This document shows positions 50,477-62,830 of a stretch of DNA of 64,000 bases, piece by piece. Each line of letters starts with the position of its first letter. Position 1 is the stretch's first letter. The translations under genes were made by a program, and so were the position numbers. The notes under the pieces were generated by a model. It had not been told where the DNA came from. It ran no database searches and saw nothing but the letters and a program-made list of their open reading frames with translations. Origin of the DNA: Lytechinus pictus. Taxonomy: Eukaryota. The stretch covers positions 15,006,001 to 15,070,000 of the forward strand of contig NC_087250.1 in the NCBI RefSeq assembly GCF_037042905.1. The letters run 5' to 3'.

Positions 50477-53400
50477 ATGTATAATCTTGAGAGCCAATAT
50501 CTCAATAATATTACAAGATTAAATAGTTTTTTATCACCTGATGTTGATACCGAAGATGCTACTTTTAACTTATCTAATAATGTTTTTTCTATTTCTAAAT
50601 TTAGAACCAAATTGATGGATTGTGTGTCAAATAATAATTGTATAAATGATAAACACTTTTCATGTTTACATATAAACTGTCAAAGTCTTTCTAAAGAACC
50701 ATGATAATTTTTTTTTAATTCTTAAGCTGTTTAGATATCAACCCTACAATTATCGGCCTAACAGAGACGTGGATTTCCGAATCCACACCAAATGCAATAT
50801 TTAATATCGATGACTATAAATACGTTGGTTTAGAACGTAAGAATAAAAGAGGTGGAGGAGTTGGTTTTTACATTCGTAATAATGTTGAATACACCCATGT
50901 AACAGAGTTTGATATTAATGAATGCCACGTAGAAGGTATATTTCTGGAATTGAAACTTTGTAATAATTCTATATATGTCGCATCTATTTACAGACCACCT
51001 GGTCAGCCCATTGGTTTATTTGTTAATTCATTATGTGCAATACTGGATAAAATGAATATATCTTGTAAAAAACTGTATTTACTAGGGGATTATAATATCG
51101 ACTTGTTAAAAGTGAATAGGAATTATGAGGTTAATATTTTTTAGACACTTTGATATCTTATTCCCTGAACACTTTAATTCGTTATCCAACCAGAGTCACT
51201 GATCACTCTGCGACTCTGTTGGATAACATCTTCACCATTGACGAAAGTGTTTTTTTGTCAGGTGCATTGTTTTCAGACATAAGTGATCACTTTCTTGTTT
51301 TTTGTTTAAGTATAACACCATTCTTAATTGTAATAAATATAATAATATATCTGGGAAGCGGTGTAACATCTCAGATCAAAACATTGCTAAATTTATTCTT
51401 GAATTAAATAAAGTTGTTTGGAATGCTGATCATGAAGATCCTAATAAGTCTTATGATAAGTTTTTATACAAATTTTTACATGCACACAATGTATGCTTTC
51501 CATATTCCTCTTTTTCCATAACCAATAAGAATAGGAGCTATAAGCCATGGATGACAAAAGAAATACAAAAGTTAACTAAAACAAAATGTAAGATGTATAA
51601 GAAATTTATTAAGAATCCATCTGAATATAGGAAATGTGTTTATAAGAAATCAAGAAATAAACTCACAAATTTAATTAAAAAAAACAAAAAAAGAATATTA
51701 TCGATTACAGTTCCAAAATGCCTCTGGTGATATGAAACAAACATGGAAAGTGATTAATAAAACACTTGGTCGTTCTCATAAGAATACTGGTCTTGATAAA
51801 ATTACATACCAGGATCAGGTCTTAACAGATAATAGAGTGATATGTAATACAATAAACAAACACTTTATTAACATTGGTCCGAAGATACATTCTGAATTTA
51901 GATCTAATATAAATACTCAATCTGATTTATTAAAGTATATTACTAAAAACGACAAATCTTTATTTTTGTCCCCAATAACTCCTAAAGAAATATTGGAATT
52001 GTAACTGGTTTTAAAAATAATGTCAGTGCTGATTTTGATGGTATTGATGTCAAGGTTGTAAAGAAGTCAATACATGTAATTGCTAAATTATTATGTGATA
52101 TATTCAATTCTTCTTTTGTTACTGGGATTTTCCCAGACCAGCTTAAGATTGCAAGAGTGGTCCCTGTTTTTAAATCTGGTTCTCCTGACATCATTTAAAA
52201 TTATCGTCCAATTTCCGTTCTATCCATTTTTTTCAAAAATATTAGAAAGATGTATTTATTCTCGTTTACATAGTTTCATTTCTCAGTGCAATATTCTTAA
52301 CAATAATCAGTTTGGTTTTAGAAAGGGGCACTCCACATCTTCGGCCTTAGCAGAAGTTGTATATAAAGTCACAAGTGCATTAGATAAACATGAAACAATG
52401 ATTGGTCTTTTTATTGATTTAAGCAAAGCTTTTGACTCACTTGATCATGATTTATCATTACGTAAATTAAGTTATTATGGAATTAGGGGGATTGCACTCA
52501 GTTTATTTGACAATTATTTTCAAAATCGTAAACAGTTTGTTTCGATTGACAATTTTTCTTCCTCGATGCAAGGTATAAGATGTGGAGTGCCTCAAGGGTC
52601 GATCCTCGGCCCACTTCTGTTTAGAATTTACATCAACGATTTAAGTAATGTCTCCAAAATTGTGGACTCTATTTTATATGCAGATGACACCAGCTTGTTC
52701 AGGTCCCATAAAAATGTACAAACTTTACAAAATATTTTCAATAGGGAACTGAAATATGTATCAAACTGGCTTACTGTTAATAAATTAACCTTAAATGTTA
52801 AGAAATCAAATTTTTTGTTTTTTACAAATGAAAATAGATCACAATTCAAATTTGAGGTCTGTTTATATGAGATGCCAGTTAATGAAGTAACATTTACTAC
52901 CTTTCTAGGTGTTAATGTTGATAATAAGTTAACTTGGAATGAACATGCTGGTGTCGCCTGCAACAAAGTTGCCAACATCTTTGGTGTTATGTATAAACCT
53001 CACACATTGCCGAAGAATATTCTTTTATTGTATAATACCTTGATTTTACCATATTTGAATTATTGCAATATAGCCTGGGGTAATACCTTCCAAACACATA
53101 TTAACAGAATATTTCTTTTGCAGAAAAAAACCATTAGAATTATAACTCACTCTTCTTATCTCTCCCATTCTGGACCATTGTTTACATCTTTGAAAATTTT
53201 GAATATAATGGATTTAAATAGAATGAATATTGCACTTTTCATGTTTTTCTATAAAAAGGATCTCTTGCCTAATTCCCTTAAGAATTATTTTGTATTAAAC
53301 ACATCTGTACATACTTATTCAACAAGAAATGCCCAAAATATCCATATTCCACAGTGCAGTACTTCCATCTTCAAAAACAGTATATTTTATCAAGGACCAG

Positions 53401-53779
53401 TTATTTGGAACTCAATCCCTTCTGACATTCAATCAAGCCCTTCGGTATCTGATTTTAAAAGGAAATACAAAACATTTTTATTGTCTAAGTCTTAGATTTA
53501 TTTTTGGTTCTCCCCCCCCCATTCTCATTCGGTTAAGGTTTAGTTAGGTGTTTGTTTGTTTGTTATGTTTTTTCTCATTGAATTTGTGATTATATGATGT
53601 TTTTAATATTTCTTACAAGTACAATTTTTGTTATGGGTTGGCCTCACACAAGGTTTCTTCCTTTTTGGCCATTACCTTCCTCACTTTCTTTAAATTTGAT
53701 GTACATTGTATTTACATTGTCTATTTTTTAAATGTATTTTTATCTTGATCTCTTGAGGAGAAATAGATGAAACTTGAAA
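50477..53779 (+). mobile_element. Decayed non-LTR retrotransposon (CR1/L2-group, Crack-like) ORF2: APE endonuclease plus reverse transcriptase
   Basis: Endonuclease motifs LHINCQSL, IGLTETW, RGGGVGFYI, IYRPP, LGDYNIDLL, PTRVT..TLLDNIF, SDH. RT motifs QFGFRKG, FIDLSKAFD, GVPQGSILGPLLF, YADDT. Several frameshifts and stops. T-rich 3' UTR ending tgaaacttgaaa. Confidence 0.92.
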
Positions 53780-54303
53780 TATTTTGTTCAAGATGTAAGG
53801 GTTAGTGTAAGTGTTATTTTCATTAAAAAATATATATCGATATTCCTGATTCACATTGTATTACAGAGTCATTGAATAATGAAGTAATTTTTATCTCAGC
53901 AATGAAAATATATTTAGAATTGAAAATGATGTGTGTTTTAAACTTACATAATTATAGTAATAATGCGATTGTCATTGTTTTTCCCAAAATTTTGTTATGT
54001 CCCCCCCAAAAAAAATTCCTAAATTTCAATGTAGATGAATTTTGTTCATTTGTGCAAAATAATCCATAATCATATCTTGATTGAGCTTTAGAAGCGTCGC
54101 ATTCGAAGAGAAAATGGGTAATGTTCCATATACATGGCTCTTTTACAAAGAAATAAAAGTTTTGTAAAGCCTGTTTAGAATATTAATGGAGAAAACCTCA
54201 ATGGAAAATCTCAAAAACCATTAAATGCTTTTAACAATAGTTGATATACCCATGATATATCTGCGTTGTCTAATGATTTAGTTGTGCAACATCGGTGTGA
54301 GTG

Positions 54304-54749
54304 CACTGTTAGAAAATTTATCCTTAAAATAAAATAAGTTCCTGCAGCAGAGTCTCGAGAACACCTGTAAACCAGACTGCGTAATCTTACATTATATCAT
54401 GTAAAATTACAGGAAATTGGTATTTGGTGTATGGAATCTTACAAATTTCCTTAAATAAAACAAAATTTTCCCCTTTTTAAGCAGACCTGGGGCCCGTTGC
54501 AGAAAGAGTTGCAATCAATCGCAACTCTATAAATCGTGCGCAACTTGATTTTCAACCAATCAACAGCGCGCATTTGGGACTTGCGATTGATTTTTTGGCT
54601 TGCGTTTAAACGCAACTCTTTCTGCAACGGACCACTGTTCTGTTAAATTGTAGAAAAATTCCTGTTTCATGAATTTACAAAATGATTCTGTTATTGCTTT
54701 TTGCAAAATCTTGTTATTTTTTTCTGTAAAATCAGTTTTTTTAACAGTG
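54304..54749. mobile_element. MITE containing a nested GGGGCCCGTTGCAGAAAG-family MITE (54487-54633)
   Basis: CACTGTTAGAAAA...TTTTTTAACAGTG termini. The inner element is near-identical to 22339-22489. Confidence 0.7.
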
Positions 54750-54825
54750 GGGGAAGGGTAGACTTGATTCTTAAAGCAAGTGCGAGGGGTGATGACTTGG
54801 GAATAGACCGAGACCGAGAGAGTAG

Positions 54826-55000
54826 CGACATTAAGTAATAAAGGAGATGGGAAACCAGTTACAGTAATAACACTTTTACTAACCCAACTTAGGGGCAAAC
54901 CTCATTTACAGTGCGCGGCCATCGTAAGGGCCGATAAGACATCATCCCTCGCAGAGGGCGACATTTCACAATACACATCAAACATAATAACATATTGGCG
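54826..55000 (-). repeat. 3' LTR
   Basis: 175-bp direct repeat of 59459-59633, preceded on the minus strand by a polypurine tract. Confidence 0.88.
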
Positions 55001-55383
55001 CAACCACTTTTCTCTATCTTTCCATTTGAATTAAGTCAACCTCAAACCAAATGGCTTGGGGGACAATTACTTTCTAAACAACAAAATCAATTCACTCTTT
55101 AAAAAGGTAAACAAAGGTATATCTGTAGTTATCTCGTCAAACCATGGATTCCGGAAAACATACCGGTAGACCTGCAAGGAAGGTATCACATATTAATCAA
55201 AGTAAGTTAACAGATCAGTATCAATACGAAGTATTGGCCATTACCATGGTTACTACATAAAACTAATTAAAAGGCATAATGTACCTTTAACCATTATACA
55301 ACATGTACAACAAGCGTGAATAGATAAGTAACCAAGATCTTATCTAGTATCTACCCTTCTATCTGTAGGCAAAACACACAAGA

Positions 55384-55422
<39 letters not shown>

Positions 55423-56942
55423 CCAACATCTCATCTACCCTTCAATCTGTAGGCAAAACACACACCAAAATTTAATAGTCAATCAACATGACCTAATGTA
55501 TATCAAGCCAACCAAAGAGGGGAAACAACTCTAATAGCCATAAAACATGTATGCTAAAAAAGCTAAAAACCTGTAAAACAGTCAAATTCATGTAGCAACA
55601 TCAATATTGTCAACACACACTATACAACTAACAGTTAAAGCATGACTAAGGATAAAAGCTAAAAAAGGCATTACTAAATAAAATACATCCATAAACACGA
55701 TCACCGTGGACACTGCATATGCTATAAAACTAAACGGGCATAGCAATATGCAATACATTCATAAGTACAATCATTGTGGACACTTTTGATGCAAATACTG
55801 AAAAATGTAAAATGCAACTTACATTTTTGTTGAGTTTCATGCGAAATATAAATGCAAATGAATAACATCACTACCTTGCATACTGAAGACAAACAATCCT
55901 ATCATAGTAAGCACATAAACAATCCAATGATACATTTTCCAACTGTAAGAACATGTAAGGATATGGAGGCCCACAAGTCCTGCTAAGCAAAATACAGTCT
56001 TTGCACAAAAGTAGTAATAGCAAACACTAAACAAAATGTAAAACAAATAGGCAAAGGGTCACATAAAGCAAATAAAAACTGGGATAGGTAAAGTAGAAAA
56101 ACATAAACGTGTACAAATTGTTCCAGCAGTAAAAAAAATAGGTGTAGGTACAATGGGCACTATCCAGCCACCACAGCTCAGCTATGAAATGCGCAATGTC
56201 TAAAGGCAAACCAACAAAACATGACAAACTAAAAGCAAATTACTGGACTACCATAAACTATGGAAAGTAAAAAATGTATTCATGAAGTGCCAAAAGATTA
56301 CTAACCTAAAATAGCTGATAAAAAAGGGCATTCAGGCTCACACTATACATCCTGATAATAATATCTCAACATTTAATAAAAATCAGTATGACATGAATAC
56401 ATGTAATTTAAAAACGAAAAGTAATTATAAATATCGGATTACCAACTCGTCACTAAAATGGAAATTACCAAAATAAACATGTAATCAATAACTTTTAGTC
56501 ATAAAAAATTTATATGTACAAGGAAACAATCTGACATCTAACTGTATGGTACCCAATATAACCAAAGGGATACAATTTATTTAGCAATATCAAAACAATG
56601 ATAATATGGTCCATTGGTACATTATATATACAAATATCAGTAAAGGCTGAAAATATACTGAATCAAAAATATGCACAAATCACATCACAAAAAAAGGCAA
56701 AAAGAAAAGAGACAAAAGCATAACAGGAAAAAAAGAAAACAAAGAAGACTGGAGTATATACTGTCCATATCAGTATGATGAGTATAAGAATACCAGTTCA
56801 TATGCTGTCATGAATGAGTCCTCTGTATCGAAGTCCCTAGATATGTGTCACTCAAAGAATGCGATGGAACATTAAAACAAAGTCCTTGCCCATCAACATC
56901 CCCGAAAGGGTCTCTTGAAGAAGGGTCATATCAGACGGCAAT

Positions 56943-59308
56943 CTAGTAAGGGGTCCTGCGAGATTTAAAGTCAATATCTGGAGGACGACCTGGGGGGAGT
57001 CCAATGTGTTCTCCAACAGGGTGACATGGCCGACTCTGTGAAGTCATCATGAGGGCAAAAGTGAAGGGCACAACGGTGTCTGGCCACCTGAACTGAGGAT
57101 CCAACATCTTGCAGCGCCAGGGATCACTGGTAGGACCTGAAGCATCACCGGGGATATCACCAGGAGAATCCGGGGGTCGACCAGGAGGGTCATTGGTACG
57201 TAGGATACAAGGATGAGGATCCATATGATGATGCTCGGCGACGGTGATGTTGTGCATGAGAGCACAAGAACCCTTGACCACAGGAGTTGAAAGAGGAAGG
57301 GTATTTAGGTGGCACCAACTGTCATCATACAATGTAGGATCCAATGACCGACTACGATCTGGTTGAGATACAGAAACATCAGATGAGTCATGGACTGCAC
57401 AGTTTATACGGTATAAAGAGTCATGATCAGGATCCGATGGCTGTTGAGGTATCATAAGCTCACTGGTGGGCTCCACGGCTATAGGATGTCGGTCTGAGAC
57501 AACAACAGGTTCGATGTCTCTAACGACTTCACTTGTAGATGACTGGTCTGCAACAGCAGGATGGGCTCGTTCACAATCACAGGAGTCCGGAGTTGAAACA
57601 AGGTAAGATTGGTCAACGCCATCGGACGTAGAGTCAGGTAAGCCAGCAGCAAGCGCATCGGATAGAGGGATGGCCGAAGGACCGTACAGATACGATGGTC
57701 CATCACCGAATGATACTGCGCGCTTAGCCGGGCGGATAAACACGTCATGCAATTCCATGAATGGAATTCCAGCCTGTACAGCAACATCCAAAGACTCTAC
57801 CACTAATCCTTTGAAGAGAAACTGTCTGTTGTCCCTTGTGAATGTGAGACAGGTATCACCTACAATCGCAAGAGGGGAGGAATTGTCAGTAGGTTGAACT
57901 GATAGGGAAGTGGCGGTTATCTCGGCCCCAAGGTCTTAGACCACAGAACGTTGAATCAAATTCTCCGCAGAACCACAGACAATGCTCACACGGACACACC
58001 GATCACCATGGAACAGTTCCACGAAGGGAGTCACGGGGGCCTGATTAGGCACAACGAATGAACTAGCCACAGACCTATGTGGCGTACTGTGAAGACCTTG
58101 GACCTCATCTGACTCTGATGATTGTCCATTGCACCAGTGAGGGTCTCCCTGAATTGCTGACTCTGACTTCGAGTCATCAAAGTAACCAAGATGTAAACTA
58201 GGATCTATGGAGGAACGATCCACGGCATACGATGAACAGTCAACATAATCAGTAGGAATACAGCCTGGAACATGATCACAACCAGGGTCATGATCGACAA
58301 TCAACTCATCGCAGGTATCACTACAAGTCTGGAAATTGGTGTAGCCGAGAATGCTAGCGGCCTTGCGAGCTCGAGTAATCATGCGCCTTTCATGGTCAGG
58401 CAAGAATGGACAGTCACCAATATGGTGGCGGTAACCATGCCGACTAGCATTAAGACAAAGTGGGCACACAACTTGGTTTGCGTTAGGCCTATGATGAACT
58501 AAGGCGGGCCTAGGACTAGTCTGAATCGATGAAGGTGTAATATGCTATAACTATTGGTATCCTGGATATGTTCAGGACTCGACATATACTGATAGTAAGG
58601 TACATCACACTTGTGGTTATCATATACGTCATAATAGGCAGATCTATCATACATCTCTTTACTAGACCTACTACCGATATCATCTCTCGATTCATGATCA
58701 TCGTACACGGCTTGATGATTGTTAAGCTTATGGCTTAAGTGTGCGTGTAAAACTCTAATCTGATTCTGAGGATATGATTGGCTATGTAGATCTAGGCATG
58801 ACTTTTGTCTGGAATCATCCAACTTATAAGTAACTTGATCACAATGAAAACTGTCATAATCTTCTGGTTCACTCTCATCAACATAATCATCTTCCGGGTC
58901 ATTCTCATGATCATCTTCTGATTCATTCTCAACCTCATAGACATAATCATCTTCCGATTCTGGTTCATTCTCATCACCATAATCATCTTCTGGTTCTTTC
59001 TCCACTTCATAATCATCGTCTGGTTTATTCTCATTCACACAATTACGACCATTAGGACTGGCCCTGTCACCGACAAGTTCAACATCATCCACACGATGAA
59101 ATCTACTAATTTTACTATGTCTAACTCTAATTTCTTGATTTACTGTGTAATTTCTTGATTTACTGATTGTGTAATTACTTGATTTACTAATTGCATGACT
59201 AGAAATGTTTTGAATCTCTGACAGAAAAGTACAAGAACCAACTTGACTGGGGCGACCTCGCTCTCGGGCCTGAGGGCGAGGTCTTGACCTCGGTGAGGGA
59301 ACAGCCAT
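56943..59308 (-). pseudogene. Disrupted gag-protease ORF of the LTR element
   Basis: ORF 59308-58499 (acidic EPEDDY repeats) is frameshifted relative to 58469-57936 (zinc knuckle and start of protease). After one stop at 57936 the same frame continues to 56943 (rest of protease, PPGRPPD twice). Confidence 0.7.
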
Positions 59309-59435
59309 TCAAAGGACTGTATGTGGGACTACGGCACTGAGGTAGTAAAAAATTGTTACACCTATCACGACACATTTTTGCCGACCAACTGGTTGCTCGG
59401 ATAGCATGAATCCCATCGATGAGCGGAGCAGGCAA

Positions 59436-59458
59436 GGTTCAAATCCCAGCTGTCACCA
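59436..59458 (-). promoter_or_regulatory. Primer binding site complementary to a tRNA 3' end (Leu-like, tentative)
   Basis: The plus strand reads GGTTCAAATCCCAGCTGTCACCA, which is a T-arm, an acceptor strand and CCA. Confidence 0.75.
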
Positions 59459-59633
59459 CGACATTAAGTAATAAAGGAGATGGGAAACCAGTTACAGTAA
59501 TAACACTTTTACTAACCCAACTTAGGGGCAAACCTCATTTACAGTGCGCGGCTATCGTAAGGGCCGATAAGACATCATCCCTCGCAGAGGGCGACATTTC
59601 ACAATACACATCAAACATAATAACATACTGGCG
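59459..59633 (-). repeat. 5' LTR
   Basis: 175-bp direct repeat of 54826-55000, adjacent to the PBS. Confidence 0.88.
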
Positions 59634-60099
59634 TAGAGCAAAAGAGAGAGGGAGAGAAAGAATGATAGCAATTTTAGGTGGAAATTTCTTTGCATTTTTT
59701 GATAAAATATCAATGCATCTATAGGCAAACATACCTGCATTAAATATAACCCCCCCCCCAAAAAAAAAAGGCACCAGGATCTAGATAGGGATTGGTCACT
59801 CTCCCACGCATTCAAAATCCACGACATATTCACTTTACTTTCAACCTTAGCAGGGAATGGTATAGGCCTACTAAAGATGGAGACCAATTCGAAAAGGAAA
59901 TGTCCTCTGTTTTTGATGGTCATAGCTACATAGGCCCAAGTATGACAATAATAGCTCTTCATTAATTCCGCACCTGGTGTGATGTGATGGAAGAAGAAGA
60001 ATACATAATTTCTATAACACATCAGACTAGCACTGATCATATAGCACAGCATTACAGCTACTGTACAGACAACAAAAATGCAAGCTGTCAATCAGCTGT

Positions 60100-60250
60100 C
60101 AGGTCAATTGTGACGCAATGTGCAAAACTGCACGTCATGCGCACAACTGCTTAAAGGGTGTATATGCGCATTGATGATGATGACGTAATGGTTTTCCAGC
60201 AAAATATGGCGACCGGCTGAGGAAGAGATGATGGAGATAGTTAGGTTGGA
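60100..60250 (+). promoter_or_regulatory. Probable promoter and first non-coding exon of the PRDM9-like gene
   Basis: Local CpG enrichment (about 60100-60600), CRE/ATF-like sites TGACGCAA (60111), CACGTCA (60131) and TGACGTAA (60181), and a YY1-like AATATGGCG at about 60203. It lies 2.4 kb upstream of the KRAB exon. Confidence 0.45.
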
Positions 60251-60608
60251 TCTTCTTTAGTTTAGTTACGCATATCAGATATCATCTTTGGTAACAGAAA
60301 TTCTGTGTCTGTCATTGAACAGCGTAAGTATTGTAAAACAATTTAGAAATAAGCTTAAATACTAATAGACTTTGAATTTTGATCCGACAACTCTTGTCAG
60401 ATTCGGTGCAGCCTGATGATGGTTCATTGGTTACTGCGGCAGCCCGAACACGTCGTGTCGAGGTCCCCGGGGCAAGTTCATTGGTTAAAGTGCTGCGGCA
60501 GGACGTCAGCCAGCCCAATTAGGCCGGCCCAAGGGCAAGGCAGCTGTTTGCTGACGATCCAGGGGCAGGGACACCGGTAAATTGCAAGATCATTTCATTT
60601 GTAGAACC

Positions 60609-60666
60609 GTGAATGTGAGAGTGAGAGAGATATAACGCGTTATATCTCTCTCACTCTCACATTCAC
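60609..60666. repeat. 58-bp perfect loopless palindrome
   Basis: GTGAATGTGAGAGTGAGAGAGATATAACG|CGTTATATCTCTCTCACTCTCACATTCAC. Confidence 0.95.
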
Positions 60667-62694
60667 CGGTACTTTCAAGTAGGCTAGACTCACGTCTTTC
60701 TTTAGTCAGATCTAGGCCTACTAGATTCTAGGACTAGGCTAGTTTTAGTTTCAAAGAAAGTCAAGAGACAAGAGCCAGGGACTAAGTAGTAAGTAGATTA
60801 AGATAAAGATTAAGAAGAGTAACTTTGTTAGGGCCTAGCCCTAAGTCTAAGACTTAAAAAAAATATGGTACTTACCGTACTAGGCCCTAGTAGTCGTAGA
60901 CTGCTTGGTATTAATATTATAATAAAGGTATTTTAGAAGAACTTTTGTACATTAGTCATTAGGAATAGGATAAGACCTCTTAGACTTAGTCTTACCGTTA
61001 AGCTTTTGTTTAACTTTAAATAAGGGTACCGGTACCGGTATTATTCGCCCAACAGAAGTTAGACTTAGATCTAGACTAGAGTATGGTCAGGCAGCGTGGT
61101 CACCATCTTTATGAGTATGAATGATATAACGTTAGGCCTAGATCTAAATGTATCATGTAGATCTAGATCTATAACTATTAGATCTTGATCTAGTTTGATG
61201 AATTAAATAAGGCAATAAGTTTGGGGCCTGGATCAGTGGATGAGCAGAAGCAGTTAGCTTTAAATTATAGACTCCAACGTCTGTCCAACGTCTGTGTCTG
61301 AATAGTAGTACATAGACTAGACTAGATCTGGGCCTACATAAGTCATAACATAAAGTTAGATCTACATAAGCCTTAAGGTTCAGTTCTGGACGCAGTATCT
61401 TCTGTTCCTCTGCTAAAAGTGCTAGGCTCTAACATAGTATGTCCAGCTCCCGGTGATAAACAGTGACGAGTTGATGGTCTATCAATGTGACATGTTTCCA
61501 CGGCTCCTACAGGAAGCTAAACACAGGCCCAGGGCAGTATAAAGCCTTTTTTTGGCCACTAAGGCACTACTAGCCTATAATGAGTGTACAGTAAGGGACC
61601 ATTTCGTCAGTGTATTTTTTGGCACATAAACACAATCTATTTTGCTATTTTTCAGAAGTTATAGGGAATTTCTGTAACTTTTAAGTAATTTTTATTATGT
61701 TTTAGGACTTGAAGATTATATTTATGTGTTTTTTAATGACAAATAAAGAATAAGAGCTTTCTAAATTTTGTGGTCCCAGCTAACCTAATCTAGACGTCTA
61801 TTTATGAAATATGAGGTAGAGCTAGATCTTGAGCGATGTATGTGATAAATCATGCTAATAAAAAATTAGTCTAGATCTAGATCTAAATTGATTTTTTTTT
61901 GTTAAAAATGCTATTTTTTTGTGGGAGTGCCTATCTAACTTAGAGTCTAATAAGTTACACGAACCAATCCAGATATTTCCATGAATGACATAGATTCTAC
62001 TAGATCTAGGCCTATTGCCAATGAATAGGGGGTAGAGCAGTAGATCCTACTAGAGATCTAGTAGTAGAAGGCCTAGATCTATTGGTCTTGCACCTTCACA
62101 GGCCAGAAGACCGAGAGGTGAGTCTAGGTAGGGGCCTAGTCTAGTCTAGGGCTGGCCTGGGCTAGGGGTTGTCATGGTTGTATAAAATGGCTATAGATTT
62201 TAGCTCTATAGCATATAGATCTAGATCTAGGTCTAGACTGGAAAGAAATGCAGAATGAAGCACTTTTCACGAGACAGATAAAGAAAATTACTGTTTTTTT
62301 TGGACTCTGGGCCTACCTTTTTTAGATCAGCCGAGGTAGTCTATATGGCTCATCCGGTCGTCCTCTCTGTGGGCTTTCCCTGAATCAATCGCTAGCAAAC
62401 ACCAATAAGATGTTGGCGGTAGGAAATAACCTGTAGGTCTACTCTAGCTGATATAATACATGTAGGCCTAGATTCTAGATCTAGATCTTGATTAGATCCG
62501 AAGTGCAAAGTAAAGTTATTTGTGACCTGTGGCTTATGTTGAACAAGCTGACAGTCGACTTTGAACCTATCTAAGTTTTTCTGCAAAGCAGATATCTAGA
62601 CTCGTCTCAGTTTTAGATGTGTCTAGTTGAATATCCCTCTTTCTAAGATTCTTGTTTCGTTTTTTTTTTACAATCTCACTCAGAGTTGTTCATC

Positions 62695-62830
62695 ATGCCA
62701 TTGCCAGCTACCGATGATTATTCAGCCGTACAGGCTTACTTCACAGCCAAGGAATGGGCAGAAACTAGTGATTATGAAAAACTACGTCTCAAGAATATCA
62801 AGGAAAACTATGAGATGATGATCGAAGTCG
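62695..62830 (+). CDS. PRDM9-like: First coding exon of a PRDM9/Meisetz-like gene, encoding an ancestral KRAB-A domain; the rest of the gene is not in the window
   Basis: Acceptor ...ctcactcAG at 62683, ATG at 62695 and a phase-1 donor G|gtaagt at 62830. The exon translates MPLPATDDYSAVQAYFTAKEWAETSDYEKLRLKNIKENYEMMIEVG, which matches the PRDM9/SSX aKRAB pattern (YFxxxEWxxxxxxEKxRxxNxKxNY). Confidence 0.8.

Larger units (their letters stand above)
54826..59633 (-). mobile_element. Non-autonomous Gypsy/Ty3-type LTR retroelement: gag-like zinc knuckle and degenerate protease, no RT/RNaseH/integrase seen
   Basis: Direct repeats at 54826-55000 and 59459-59633 (175 bp, 2 mismatches). A tRNA-type PBS TGGTGACAGCTGGGATTTGAACC abuts the 5' LTR, and a purine tract AAAGATAGAGAAAAGTGG precedes the 3' LTR. 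Internal ORFs contain CPLC..HHIGDC and a retropepsin-like region (VSIVCGSAENLI...AVQAGIPFM). Confidence 0.85.
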
